Assembly: GCF_006345805.1 (NCBI RefSeq)
Contig: NW_021832584.1
Span: 1-56,618 of the forward strand
Direction: 5' to 3'
Length of the DNA stretch: 56,618 nt
Source: Octopus sinensis
Lineage: Eukaryota
Every line of letters begins with the position of its first letter. Position 1 is the first letter of the stretch. This document shows positions 12,412-24,571 of this stretch, piece after piece. The translations under genes and the position numbers were made by a program. The notes beneath the pieces are model-generated. The model was not told where the DNA came from. It was given only the letters and a program-made list of their open reading frames with translations, and ran no database searches.

Positions 12412-13256
12412 AGATTGTCTTAATTTGAAATATTCTATTATTTTGGAATTAATTAACTAGGGAATTTAATAAAAAAACAAAATAATTAATTATAAAATTA
12501 AATTTGCATCATGTAAAATCTTTAGTTTGAGACATGCTTTTTTGAGTTGATACCTTTCCCACATTTTATAAACAAATATACTTGTTATCAAGAACTTAAA
12601 GAATAAAAAGAATTCTTCATTAAAATAAAAGAGTAAATCGGGTTTCTGAAAGGACACTTGAGTAGTACGATAATGAGGTCGAAAGGATTAAATTAGAATG
12701 GAATACACGTTTTTCGCATGAATTCAGATACCTATACAGAAACTTGGGAAGCTGATTGGAACTTTCTAACAACAAAGACCACTGTTCCTGATTGTCTTGC
12801 TGGATTTTTCTTCTTACCGTTCAAGTTTGGCAAATGACACATTCTACAACTAAGCGTTGGAAAACAATTTGGTGGGCCTTTGGTTTGTTTTTTCCCATAT
12901 TTGGTAAAATTAAAAATTCTTTACTTGTGTAGTCACAAACAGTATTGCGGAATTACTTAATATTATTAATAAAATTTTTTTAAATCATATCAATGAGAAA
13001 CCAGAGCGAATAACGGGAAGGCCGTGAAAGCGCTTGTGTGAAAAATACTGACGTGACACAATAAAAAAATAATTGGCTTATGATTTTTAGTTAGTGCAAA
13101 AAAATAATATCAAATACTGGGGTCATTGGAGATTCACATAGAGAGAGTCCTAACATTAATAATTACTAAAAGCAAAAGAATAAGTCCTTTCCTGGTAAAT
13201 GCCAGGCATTTTATGTCATATAAACAACTCTATTATTTGAGGTCATTATGTATAAG

Positions 13257-14200
13257 TAGGCTTACCATCCGTCCCGGATAATAGAGCCTTGTCCCGGATT
13301 TATGCGCTTCATAAAATTATTTTTGATGTTTCCGACTGTACTTCAAAATTAATATCTATTTTATTAGAGCCAATGTTCACTTCAGCTAGAACGAAAACTG
13401 AAGCTTTAATATGTAATGCAATTTTTCTATTGGCCCAAGAAGAATTGGAAACTGAATTAATGACGGTCCGTTTTGTATCTATTACGATTGACACGTCAAA
13501 TAGAAAAGAATTGTTGTCAGATATTTTTTACCAGAGGTATGAATGAAGGTTAAACTTCTTTATTTTTGTTCATTTACCTGTGAAACCTCAGAAGTTATAG
13601 TTGACTGCATACATTCTAAATTGGAAAAACATAATCTATCCAATAAAGTTGTAGGTTTTTGTAGTGACAAATTTTGACGTTTTAACAGAAAAAAACCAAC
13701 AAATGTTTATTATCGATTGAAAAAAACTTGAGAGAGATATTATTGGTATTTGATGTGGTGCTCATGTAGCACACAACTGCATTCAACATGCACCTGATTT
13801 ACTTCCAATTTATTTAGAATGTCTTGTCGTTAGAATTTACAAATGTTTTTATATTTACATGGTGCGTGTAACAGAACTAAAGGAATGTTGTAGCTCTGTA
13901 GAAATAGAATACAAGAAAATTCTTCACAACGGAAATACAAGATTTTTGTCTTTGTTAATAGCAGGTGAAAGAATTCTCCAGTTATATGAAGGCCTACAAT
14001 CATATTTTTTATTTCATAATTTTTTGAAAAAATCAAAAATAATTAAAAATTTCTAGATAAAGTTTATTCAGTTCAAAAACATAATCGAATTTCTTAGTTA
14101 ATTTCAGCTAAAAATATTTTCTTGTTTTTCTGTGAAAATTTTTTTGTCCCGGAAAGTCCCGAATTTTGATTATTGAAATCAATAAATTTCCCGGATTCTT
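13257..14200 (+). mobile_element. Decayed hAT (Blackjack-like) DNA transposon, internally deleted
   Basis: Left end TAGGCTTACCATCCGTCCCGGA with GTCCCGGA subterminal repeats; broken frames ARTKTEALI, SITIDTSNRK, CGAHVAHNC, YMVRVTELK, NTRFLSL..ERIL..LQSYF. Confidence 0.7.
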
Positions 14201-14774
14201 GTGGATTTGTTAAAATTTTTGAATACGATTATTTTTTCAATGTTTTGGATAGTTTTTGTAGCTATCATCTGATTTAACATTCCCGGGGATTTCATTGAAA
14301 GGTGTTGATATTATTTTTTTCTGTTATTTTAACGGATTCGCATTAACAGTTTAGATTTTCTAATGTATTTATCCGCCACGGATATAACTTTTTAACAGTT
14401 TAAAACTACGTTGAAGAGACACTTCTATAAGATCTTCTGAATGTTCATGTGTAATCGAGTGATGATTTAATCATTCAATTGTCGATTTTTGTTAAGTCTC
14501 TTGGCAGAAACTTTAGTGTTCCTGGTTGTTTAACGTGAAGGTATTAGAATCGACTATTGCAGAAAACAAATCAAACTTCATTGGACCATGCCAGAATAAT
14601 TCCTGATACCTTTTTAATGTGATCTAACAAACCTCTTTCGTAATCCGAACTTTAAATTCCAGTCATTAACGATGAGAAATTAATTTTTTGGGAGGTTATA
14701 ATCTTGAAAGTTTTTAGAATAATTTAATCTTCCAAAATACAGCCACTATTGGGATCTTAAGGACCTCATCATGT

Positions 14775-14934
14775 TAAAAAAAAAATTTTCTGCATTTTGG
14801 TTAAAATGAACAACTACGATGTCCTCGACTTACATGATGAGGTCCTTAAAACCTTCCCCCCAAAAAAAAATTAAAAAAAAAATTTTCTGCATTTTGGTTA
14901 AAATGAACAACTACGATGTCCTCGACTTACATGA
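14775..14934 (+). repeat. Two diverged units of the about 96-bp satellite family found at 44915-45885
   Basis: TTTTCTGCATTTTGGTTAAAATGAACAACTACGATGTCCTCGACTTACATGA(TGAGGTCC) versus TTTTCTGCGTTTTTGTTAAAATGAACAACAAGAAAGTCCTCGACTCACATGATG. Confidence 0.85.
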
Positions 14935-15264
14935 GTATACAAAAGAAGTATTTTTTGTATCCACCGAATAACGTTAAATTTTCAAAAAAGCGATTTCCAA
15001 ATGTAAAATCTAGCGAACAGTAAACTCTGTCTGTAGTGTCTGAATTCAAAAAGAAAGAAATCAATTTTTGATTATTCAAGTCCTTTACTGACATTAGTCT
15101 TTCAAAAACAGCGAACCGAATATATTCCTAAAAGCACAGACATATTGATGCCGAATTAATGGCTTTGGGGATAAATAAAAATTTTTTGAAATTATCTAAA
15201 TGTGTATTAGACATATGTGAGAAAATTTTGATCTTAAAAAATGTTTAAGAAATAAAAATGATAT

Positions 15265-16660
15265 ACACATAAACCCCTCTATAATGCAATTCCTTATAAT
15301 GCCACCCCGCTTATTTTCACGTCATTTTTTGGTTATTCTTTGAATTTCTCTTTATAATACCAAACCCCGCCACTCAGATATTCCCACGCCGAATTATATG
15401 CCTTATTCGATACAACGCCATTAAAATTTTTTAATTATTATTTTCAAGTCATATGAATTACACTAATTTATTGTCACAGTCCAGACGTGAGCCACGCCGG
15501 ACATAAAATACAATAATAAATAATATTAATTAAAAAATTGTGATTTTTTAATGATTTTATTATATAGAAAATATTAATATATCCAAAATGTTATAAATTT
15601 TTGAAAAGTGACTCACGTCCGGCGTGGCTCACGTCTTGACTGTGACATTTATTAATTTTTTTAACCGGTTATAGGTTAAGTGATATTAGCACTTAAATTG
15701 CAGAATGGTAAATAGTGAAAGCTGTAAAAGACTATCTTTACTATAAAATAATTCCGTCGAAATCATTAACAACTCCTGATAAAACTAAAGGTAATTTTAA
15801 TAAACCAACTATATTTTGAAAGTGTTAAAAATATAAAGAAAGAATTACAATTGTTTTATGTTGTAATTCAGATTGGAGCAAAAACTCCGTCCACTTGTGA
15901 ATGGAAAGTCTAATAATCCGCGTTGTTTCAAAGGCTTCAATTATCATTTATATTCGGATTACAGATTCAATACTAAATCATGTATGACATCAATGATATT
16001 TCAAGATTGGATAAAGGGGTTGGATAATCAAATGAAATTCTGTGTGAGAAAATACTTCTAATTATGGACAACTGTCCATGCCACATTATTCCGACGTTAT
16101 CGAATATTGAAGTGCACTTTTTGCTTCCAACAACAAGTCACTTACAATGATTGGATTCCGGAATAATACATAGTTTTAAGGCACATTACCGAAAACTACA
16201 GCTAAAACATATTATTAACCAACTTAAAACAAGTAACAGTTGGCATATTGGGTTGGATGATACAATACGTTTTGTTGGAAAATTATGAGACAGCGTAAAA
16301 CAAGAAACAATTAAAAACTGCTGGAGGCAAACTAAGATTTGTCATGTCAAAACTTATAACACTGAAAATTTGAGAAAAGAAATTTTTGATCAAAATCTAT
16401 TGAATCAATTGATTTCAGCATTGAATATTAATAATGAGATGGATGTCAACGAATATGTTTCGACGGACAGTAATGCTAAAACATACTGTCATATTGAAGA
16501 AGACCAAATATTGTCTACACTTCGAAGAATCAATGACAGTGATGAAGAAGACATACAAGAAGACTTTACTAAAAAAAGACCTTCTAAAAATGAAATTGCT
16601 AATGCTTTCCAAAAAATCAAAAATTTCTAGATAAAGTTTATTCAGTTCAAAAACATATCT
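15265..16660 (+). mobile_element. Decayed pogo/Tigger transposon (DDE_1 remnant)
   Basis: TIR-like CACATAAACCCCTCTATAATGC; GKSNNPRCFK, MTSMIFQDW, LLIMDNCPCH, LDSGII.SFKAHYR, ETIKNCW. Confidence 0.8.
15472..15647. mobile_element. 176-bp MITE with TGT...ACA ends, about 31-bp TIRs and 5-bp TSD (Ginger/Tdd-like), inserted in the Tigger
   Basis: TGTCACAGTCCAGACGTGAGCCACGCCGGAC ... GTCCGGCGTGGCTCACGTCTTGACTGTGACA; TTTAT on both sides (15467-15471, 15648-15652). Confidence 0.85.
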
Positions 16661-16878
16661 TAAAAAATGTTATTAAGAAATATAAAAAAATGATATATCA
16701 TTTAAATTAAATAAACGCGGCTAAAATATAGTTGGCGCGAATCGTGATGAATAAAGTATCTCCAACTATTTACCCCATATTATTGATAATCTTACAACCA
16801 CCACAACCTTTATTAAAATTCAAAAACTGCATCGAAGTCTCCATCTTCTTCCAGACCAAACACAACTACGGTCTAAAT

Positions 16879-17140
16879 TAGTGGTTCTCAACCTTTTTTG
16901 GTCGCGGGCCCCTTGTGAGTGAATTAAAAAATTCGCGGACCCCCAAGATATTTTTACAAGTTTCTGTTAAAAAATACTTTTTAAAATCCTCAATATTCAG
17001 TTTTGCACAATAAGTATTTTTTATATTGAAAAGTGCAGAAAAACTATGTTTGCATAAATCGGTTGTCGGAAAAATAAGCAACAAATTTAGTGCATTTACG
17101 CATTTCCCACCAAAATCCTGACAAAGGAAATTTATCATAC
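16879..17140 (-). mobile_element. hAT (Buster/Charlie) 3' end
   Basis: TIR TAGTGGTTCTCAACC next to GTCTAAAT target-like octamer; dimerization-domain remnant LLIFPTTDLCKHSFSAL..IKN. Confidence 0.7.
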
Positions 17141-17199
17141 AATTCTTTAGTTATCGAATGATTGATCATATCAAAAGCCTTTTTAATATTTTCATCGGT

Positions 17200-17700
17200 T
17201 AGATGTGGATCAACATAAAACGGTGTACGAATTAATTTCTAACTTAATTTGTCGACTTTTCACTTGATTCGATTTAATACAATAATAGAGAGGGTTTTCC
17301 GTAATACCGATAATAGAATTATTGGTCTTGGACTTTTTGCGACACCTCTAAGTTTCCCAGGTTTTGGTATTGGAATTAGCCATCTTCACTCAATTCTAAG
17401 ATCGTCTTTGTCTTCAAATGCTTTATTGAGTATGATGGTGATTATTTCACCCAATTCAATGAATCCACATTTTATTAAATTTGCAGGTATATTATCAGGA
17501 CCAGCCGCTTTCTTGAAGTTTGTATGAAACGAGTCAATACTTGATTCTTCATTTTTTGACGCAAAGAAATTAAAAATCCTTATTTTATACATCAGATAGG
17601 GATGACATGTGTGCAATTGTCTTGAAAAAGTTTTCGGTTTCATATTGTGTGGCAAAATTTTTATACAAACAACACATATAGAATTTCAACTCCATCTTTA
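17200..17700 (-). mobile_element. Decayed RTE-like reverse transcriptase fragment
   Basis: KKAAGPDNIPANLIK..ITIILNKAFE, LSIIVLNRIK, KAFDMI. Confidence 0.6.
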
Positions 17701-18366
17701 TCTATACAAGTAAACCCATTTGGGACAACGACAATTTCCTAAATGGAAGGGGAATATTCGCGTCTTCACTGCTGAAATAATATCACAATTGGAGTAATAT
17801 TTTACACGATTCCACGTGTCACCGTCCATTTAATGGACCACGCCGTTAAATGAATCGACTACTTTTTATAAATTAAAGATCGTAATCGTAATTAGCCCTC
17901 CCGTAAGATGAGAATGACATGCTGACATCTTGCTCAGGCCGGCCACACTTTTTATTTTTTTGTAAAGATCAAGACAAAAGATAGCATTTTACCAAGAAAC
18001 TAATTAATCCAAACCAAGTCATATGTCTCTGCGCTTTGTAGTGTGGCCGAGTAAGAAATCCGGTTCCGCAGTGAGATCACTGATGACGGCGTCACTTAAT
18101 TTCTCCAAGGATATCTAAATCATCTCCCATTTTCAGCTTTCGTCCTACATTGTTGTAAGACCTCTGGCAAAGTTAAGCTAGGTTGATAGTCACTTGCATC
18201 TTCCAACGAACGAGTTTTTTATCCTGAACAGAAATAGTTCTCCATTGGCTTCTTAGAAAAATATAAGATCGTGATCATAATCAAGATAATTCTTAATTTA
18301 TTGTATTACATGCAGGAAAAACTTCACAAAAACGATGTCACAATGCTTAATAATAATTATATTTAA

Positions 18367-18441
18367 TGGTTGTTCCAAAGAATATCCATTGCGATCCTGA
18401 GGGGCAACGTCTTCTCGATCATCAGCAGCTTAAGATTATGA
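18367..18441 (+). mobile_element. CRE 3'-terminal stub
   Basis: WLFQRISIAILRGNVFSII, the same C-terminal motif as 5284-5820. Confidence 0.65.
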
Positions 18442-18822
18442 TAATCATTTTCAGTCAATTTAAAATAATTATATTATCTTAAAATGATATGATCGTCATC
18501 TGTTTCAGAAAAATTAGATTTTTATTTAAATAAAAAGTATATTTGGCGTGCATTTCATTCGGACTGTAAAGGATTTCAATTTATTCATTCAAAATGCAAA
18601 ATCCATCGCTAATTTTAATAAGCTATAACTAGAGAATTCTTATAAATACCGGATCTGGTACGTCTCCCCCGAAATCCTTTCCAAAAGCAAATTGCATTCC
18701 AGAAGATTCCAAAAAGAAGTTTTGGTACAACTTTGAAAGGCAACATCGAAGCAATAACCATATTTAGGCTCTAAAACAACTCGTAACCACACTAGTCAAC
18801 TTTTGGCATTTTTATTAATTTT

Positions 18823-20397
18823 TTAAATCGCTTCCTTGCTCAACGATGTCATCCTCTTGACAGAATCTTTGATAAAGCTACAATTTCTATTCCGGTTATA
18901 AAAATCAAAAAAACTTGTTTGTATTTTTTTCTAAATGTTTGGCTGAGATGGTCTTGGGCCCCAAAAACTCAAAGTGTCGTAAAAGTTCCTCGCATTCAAC
19001 AAGAGGAACATTCCATGAACGGTTGATGGCAAAAGGAGTAACATCAATCGAATGTTTTACAAGTTCCCCAAGCTAAACTGATAATAACAAACTACAATGT
19101 AATTCCTAATCATTTGGAGCATTTCCAGACTCGAACCCGAAGCACTAGTTTGATAGTCAGTCGCATACACAAACTCACTAGAATGTACAACAACGACCAC
19201 CTGCGGAGAACGAGATTGTCCCCGATTATGTGCGAACAGTAAGAAAGACGTCTCAAAACATCCTCCCGTTCACAGTCCAAATACTTACAAAAATACTCAA
19301 TCGAAGTAATTTTATTCATTTCCTTCAAATAGCACATCGCGATGACATCCCAACTCCCATTTGACTCAATCGAGAGGCTTTAAGTAATAATAAACAAAAA
19401 ACTACAAATATTCCTTTATGTGTGAGAGCACAAGACCTTTGATATAGTCCATTTGAGTACCCCTTGTCAGTACAGTCCCTTCTTCAGTCTTTTCTTGGGA
19501 AGGCCGAAGAGAGAGTGATTCCTGAGTACTGAAATGCACAGGAAACCTCCCCAAAGACACAGTCACGCCAATTCTCAGCAGCAGTACACTCATCTTGCCA
19601 CTTCTTTGAACGCAAACGTCTCTGCCGTTGAAACCTCGTTTCTTTCCTAACTCGACAGACCTGTTCCCCTTTTACCGAATCTTCTATAAACTCCGCGGAA
19701 ATAAAACCGTCATAAACGGTGAAACTTGGTCTTAATTTGATGTGGTCCTCCAGTGGCTTCAAATGCATTTCTCCGTCCGTAATCTTCCCAACAAGGAGAG
19801 TGTGGTTCGCCTTCTTCCCAGGGACTGACATCAACGTCAGTTTATTGGCCTGTACTAGTCTGAGAGTAGTAAAATAACAAAAACTTGATCTCCGATTCTT
19901 TTAAGGGTCGACATCGTCTTCGGGGCTTCTTTTTCCGTTTTCTTGGAAGTGGGGGCTTCGGATTAGTCGAGGATTGTTCTTTATTTACTTGAACTTCAAC
20001 CTACGACTACAACAAGAGGATTACTAGTCGGTTTTCAGGTTTGATTCGAATGCTGTTGATGTCCTGCATGCCATACGAACAGTTCCTTGTGGTCAGGGGG
20101 TACTACAATCAGATTTAGGAGTACTTCAAAGATGAACAGACTCTTGTCCCTTTCAGAGGAGACCTCTGTGTTGAGCTGGGGGTTATTATTTTTAAAATAC
20201 AGTTAATGTTTCATTATATTTTAGGTTGAGGGCTGATTTTAGTCCTTTCGATTCATCAATATTTGGTTCTAGGGTCTTCTCTAATTCAATTTTTATTTCA
20301 GTTTTGGGGTTCTATGTTAGTTTTTAGTATTTACTTCAATATGTGTTTCAGGTATATCTTCAGCTTCTTTTTTGATTTGTTTTAATTTTTTTACCAT
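18823..20397 (-). CDS. POLR3E: RNA polymerase III subunit RPC5 (Sin-like), multi-exon; 3' end approximate
   Basis: Spliced LFIFE/YPL, IRIKPENRL/VEV, GEMHLKPLEDHIKLRPSF, ETRFQRQRRLRS..ENW, IGDNLVLR/SEFVY resemble RPC5 LYLFQYP, KIKPKQQKVE, GELHLTPL..QLRPSF, RQRRVQS, VQGNWVVKSDILY. Confidence 0.75.
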
Positions 20398-20849
20398 AAT
20401 CACACAGAGATCAAATATGCGCTAAAATCTATTTAAATTAATTGATATTCAAAAATTAAATAACAGTACAATATAATTATTAATTTGAACTTATAATTTA
20501 TTTAAAAAATATATTTATTTCTAGAAAGCAACGAAGGAAAATTTAGCTAACCTATGATTTTCCGTCAGTGCAAAATAATAAGAAACGAACGGTGTTAATT
20601 TTAGCGAGTATCCGCAAGTTTTTTCTAATAAAAGTAGCTTTCCATACCAAATTTTTTAATTCAAGATATTTCTATTTATTTGATCGGCATCTCGTTTGAT
20701 ATTATTTCTTAAAAGCTTCTTTTCTTACAGCAAAGCAGTGATTTGATTATTCGTTGTATGTCTTTGTCATTTTAATGTGTTCTTTTTCATTGCCTAAATA
20801 AACAAATAATTTGACAATTGACCAGAACAACAACAAGTAATGATTAATT

Positions 20850-21090
20850 TCTAATTAATTCATCTGTTCTCAGTCGATTCTCCTCCTCTTCGATGGGAAC
20901 ACTTATTTATTTCAAGACTGTTGCCATTCCAAACTTATGTTCTGCTTGCATACTTTTTAATGTTTTCCGGATAACCACAGAGTGAATGTAAGTTCGTGTG
21001 GGTTCTTTTAGACCGATTGAGTAGCAGTGATGTTAATAGAATTTACACACAACACTGTCCCATGTTAGTACTAAGAGGAAATGGACATTT
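20850..21090 (-). mobile_element. Decayed copy of the 6206-7399 RLE retroelement family (C-terminus)
   Basis: VLTWDSVVCKFY..TRTYIHSVVIRKTLKSMQAEHKFGM versus VLTWDGIVSKFY..TRSYIQSLTIKKTLETMLVEHKHGV. Confidence 0.75.
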
Positions 21091-21125
21091 TTATTGTAGA
21101 AAGGAAAGAGACTGATACAGACAAT

Positions 21126-23574
21126 TATTTTTTTTGGCGTCGATACAACGAGACGACTGCTTGAGCCAGTCGAACTCTTCTAAGAGACGTCTATTGCTGT
21201 CGGTTACTGGTCCCGATCGATAAAGAGGTTGGTCACTTGAGATCTTCTCCGGAAAGACCGGATAGATTTCTCAATGATCTGTCGGATTTGGGCTCCGCCC
21301 AGCTTGGGACGGGGCTTCGCGGGTCAAGCCTGTAAACTAGCTTTAACACGTAGCGTCGGATTTTTTCGCATTTCCTGTTAATTTTCTCGAGATCTTTTGA
21401 GTAGTACTATGCTTCCATCCCGTACAGCAAGCTGGGTAGGATGGTTGCGTAGAACACAAAGAGGAAAGTCCTTGGATCCAGATGCATGCTTCTTAAGAGG
21501 CGGAGAGCTGCGATGGCTTTCGCTCTCTTTTTTTTGACGTGCAGGCAGTAACCCAAGTTAGCGTCAATCGTAAGCCCCAGGTAGCGTATGCAGCTAGCTG
21601 GATTTAGCTTAAGATATCTTTAACAAATCAAACAGAAAAGTCCCGTTACTCTTTTCCATAATCTTTCGCACTTGAAGTGGTCCTTCGTTCGCGGTCAGCA
21701 CATGGCAGTGCTCCGTACGATGTTAGATAGTGAAGCATAAAATTGCTAAACTCATTGCTTGCGGAGTCGATGTCGAGGGCTGAGTTATAGCCAGCAGGGC
21801 GAGCGTTGTCGTGCAGGAATGCACTCATGGAGCTCCTGTAGTGTGGCCAGTTGATCCTTGAGAGACTGTAGTGTGTTGATATGCGTTCTTATTTAACAGT
21901 ACTAGTGTGAATTTTGATCTCCATTGGAAAGTGGTCACTTCCGATATCGTCAAGCACTGTAGGCTTTTCTATAAGGTTAGCAACAGAGTGAGAATAGATG
22001 CACAGGCATAGGTTGTCCCCGCCGAAGGGTGAGAGGTGCTTCGGGTCTTCAGATGTCCTGACAAAAACACCAAGTTTGTCAGTGATCTTTTTCAGTGTTC
22101 GACCATCCTGGTTGGTTAACCGAGATCCAAACGCCGTGTGCTTCGAGTTTAGGTCTCCGATAAGAAGGCAGTGAGCTGTACTTGAGAATTCCACCGACCT
22201 TTAGCTAGAAGGATTCGGTTTTCACCTCAAGAGAGAGGAATTCACATAACCTGCCCTCGATGATAGTGAGGTCACGGACTTGGAATTTTTCGCAATAAAA
22301 GATACTCGAACCAGTCCCTGGCGTGAACCAGGTGCCCCATTTTAGGTCCAGTGATCGATATCCGGGGAGTTCATGCGACTGGTTTTCCCTGAGCTTAGAC
22401 TCGTTGACGACAATAATGTCCGGATGGCCGCTGTTTACCATCTCAACGAAGTCGTGATGCCGTCTCTTAATAGATCGAGCATTCACAGCGACGATTTTCA
22501 AGGGGACTATGTTGCTGAATTGCTCCCTCCTAGCAGGAGCTTTTGCAGCATTTCCATATCCACTCCGAGTTTAGTCAGGGCTCCTAGACAACGGCGAAAA
22601 AATTCCATTAAGGCATTCGAGTGAGCACCTTGTTGTGGCAGGGCTTTGTCATGGAGAGCTTCTGCCTTCTTACGGAGGACAGCCAAGCTGTCAACTTTTG
22701 CGTTATGGTGCTCAACAGTGTTTGACTTCGTGTTGTTGTGGGGACCGGGGTCCGGCGACGTCTGAATGCAGACATTAACCTTGGCCGGCACAGAGCTAGC
22801 AACGAACTTTCTCAGTGCACTTATGAGACGTGTGCCCAAATTGGCTGCATCTGAAGCATTTCACGGCCGGAGGCTTGTGCCATTCACAGCGGATATGGCT
22901 GAAGCCAGCTGTGATTCCAAAGCGGATGAGGGCGTTGGCCTCAGCCCTGGAGTTCAGTGTGAGCTCCCAATCGGAATGTCAGTTCCATTGCAGGAGTATC
23001 TTTCGAACTTGAAGTCCTATTCAAGAGTTTCTCGCAAATGGAAGTTAAGGTCCTGTGTTGAGATCCAATGGAGAATTCCCTTGAGGATTAGGACTGAGGC
23101 CTTCTCAGCTACAGAGGCGAGTTTATGGCCGCCTTCGCCAAACATTTTGGTTTCAGATAACTCTGCCTTGAATGCGGCTGCATCCTCGGCGCACCGGAAT
23201 TGGAGTCGGAAAGATCCGGACTTTTGTAGAGTAATCCGAGCTTTCGACGCATTGGGGGATTTTGAATGAAGATTGAATCTTTTGATTTTCCTCAGTGTTG
23301 GGTTTTTGATGCTGACCATATAGCAGAGGCTTAAGCTGTCACGTTAAGTTACCAGCTGATTGGATTCGGAAGATTTTTGCGTCTTACCGGATTTTTGAGG
23401 CTTCATAGTTCTCAGAGATTCCATAGGATCTACAAGTTCCGTGGGTTCATAGAAAAGTTGTGGTTTGACAGCTGATTGTTTTTGTGCTTTCGCACGAGCT
23501 TTAACCGTTAAAAAATTTTTCTTAACCATGTTAGAATGTTATTTCAGATTTTGTCTGAAATTTTGTACTAATAG
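21126..23574 (-). mobile_element. Jockey/I-like LINE with both ends but the RT core deleted: ORF1 (gag CCHC), APE endonuclease, ORF2 C-terminus, poly(A)
   Basis: ORF1 CFRCSQFGHTSHKC; APE VAVNARSI..PDIIVVNESKL, IGDLNSKH, GSDHFP; IRYLGLTID..ILPSLLYG. Diverged TSD GACTGATACAGACAAT (21110-21125) / GACTATACAGTCAAT (23575-23589). Confidence 0.85.
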
Positions 23575-24099
23575 GACTATACAGTCAATCCTTTATTTAT
23601 TGCCACTAACGAGACCGACCAAAATGATGGTAAAAAGGGAGGTGTTAAAAAAGGAGGTTTGTTATTTTTTGTTTTCAACGAGTTTATTAGTCAATATAAA
23701 GAAAATAAGTTTTTATTGAGAGAACATTTTTAGGAAAAATAGTTAGATAATCTAATAATGTTTTTTTCCGTTTAATGTTTTTTATGTTGTCGATAATTTT
23801 CAATGCAACAGAATTTCAATTTTTTTGATAAAAATAGAATGTGAAAAATCATAGATGGGGTAAATTAGAGAGGTTTGACTGTATCTGTGAAATCACAAAT
23901 AAATTATAACCATTGACTCTCGTTTTGCTAAAATTTATACATTTTAAAGAAATATTAAATTTTTAGCTACGCTGATTATTATTTGATTCTTGTTTTAAGT
24001 CTAAAAAATCTATTTATCAAAAACTGTATTAACACGGCATTAAACAATTGGGCAAAGATAAATGAAAAAATAATCGAAGAATCTGACGAAAAGGTATTC

Positions 24100-24571
24100 A
24101 ATTTGATTTGATTCATTCTCGAAATTTGGTTGGACGCACAATTTTTGTCCAAATCAGCTATGGAAGTGTCCAATGCAATAAAATAATATTGATGTTTGGA
24201 AAAGATTTAATTCTTCACACGGACAATGGGGAGAAATTTGTCAATGACAAGATTGCCTGATTATGTGAGGAGTACATAATGAAACCTCTGAGGGGTCATG
24301 CAAAATGCCTTTAGGTGCAGGGGCAAATAGAAAAACTACACCAATCCTTGAAATATATTTTGTCTCCTCCACTTGTTTGTCCGATAACCTCAATTATAAA
24401 TGGATTTCAATAATAAACAGGATAACCAGTTCCTATAACTCAGCGTCGTATGCACCGTTCAGAATTATGTTTGACGAAAATGCCAATCAGTCGATGAATA
24501 TGTATTATACGAAAGAAGAAATTGATCAATTATTCACGGAATTGGATCGATTCAAACTGAATAAAAAATGA
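24100..24571 (+). mobile_element. Decayed retroviral-like (rve) integrase remnant, Ginger/KRABA2-type
   Basis: DSFSKFGW..KSAMEV..ILHTDNG.KFVN..QGQIE..WISIINRITSSYNS..PFRIMF. Confidence 0.7.

Noticed and set aside
22766-23269. 167-aa plus-strand ORF
   Set aside because: Antisense shadow of LINE ORF1; the zinc knuckle is on the minus strand.
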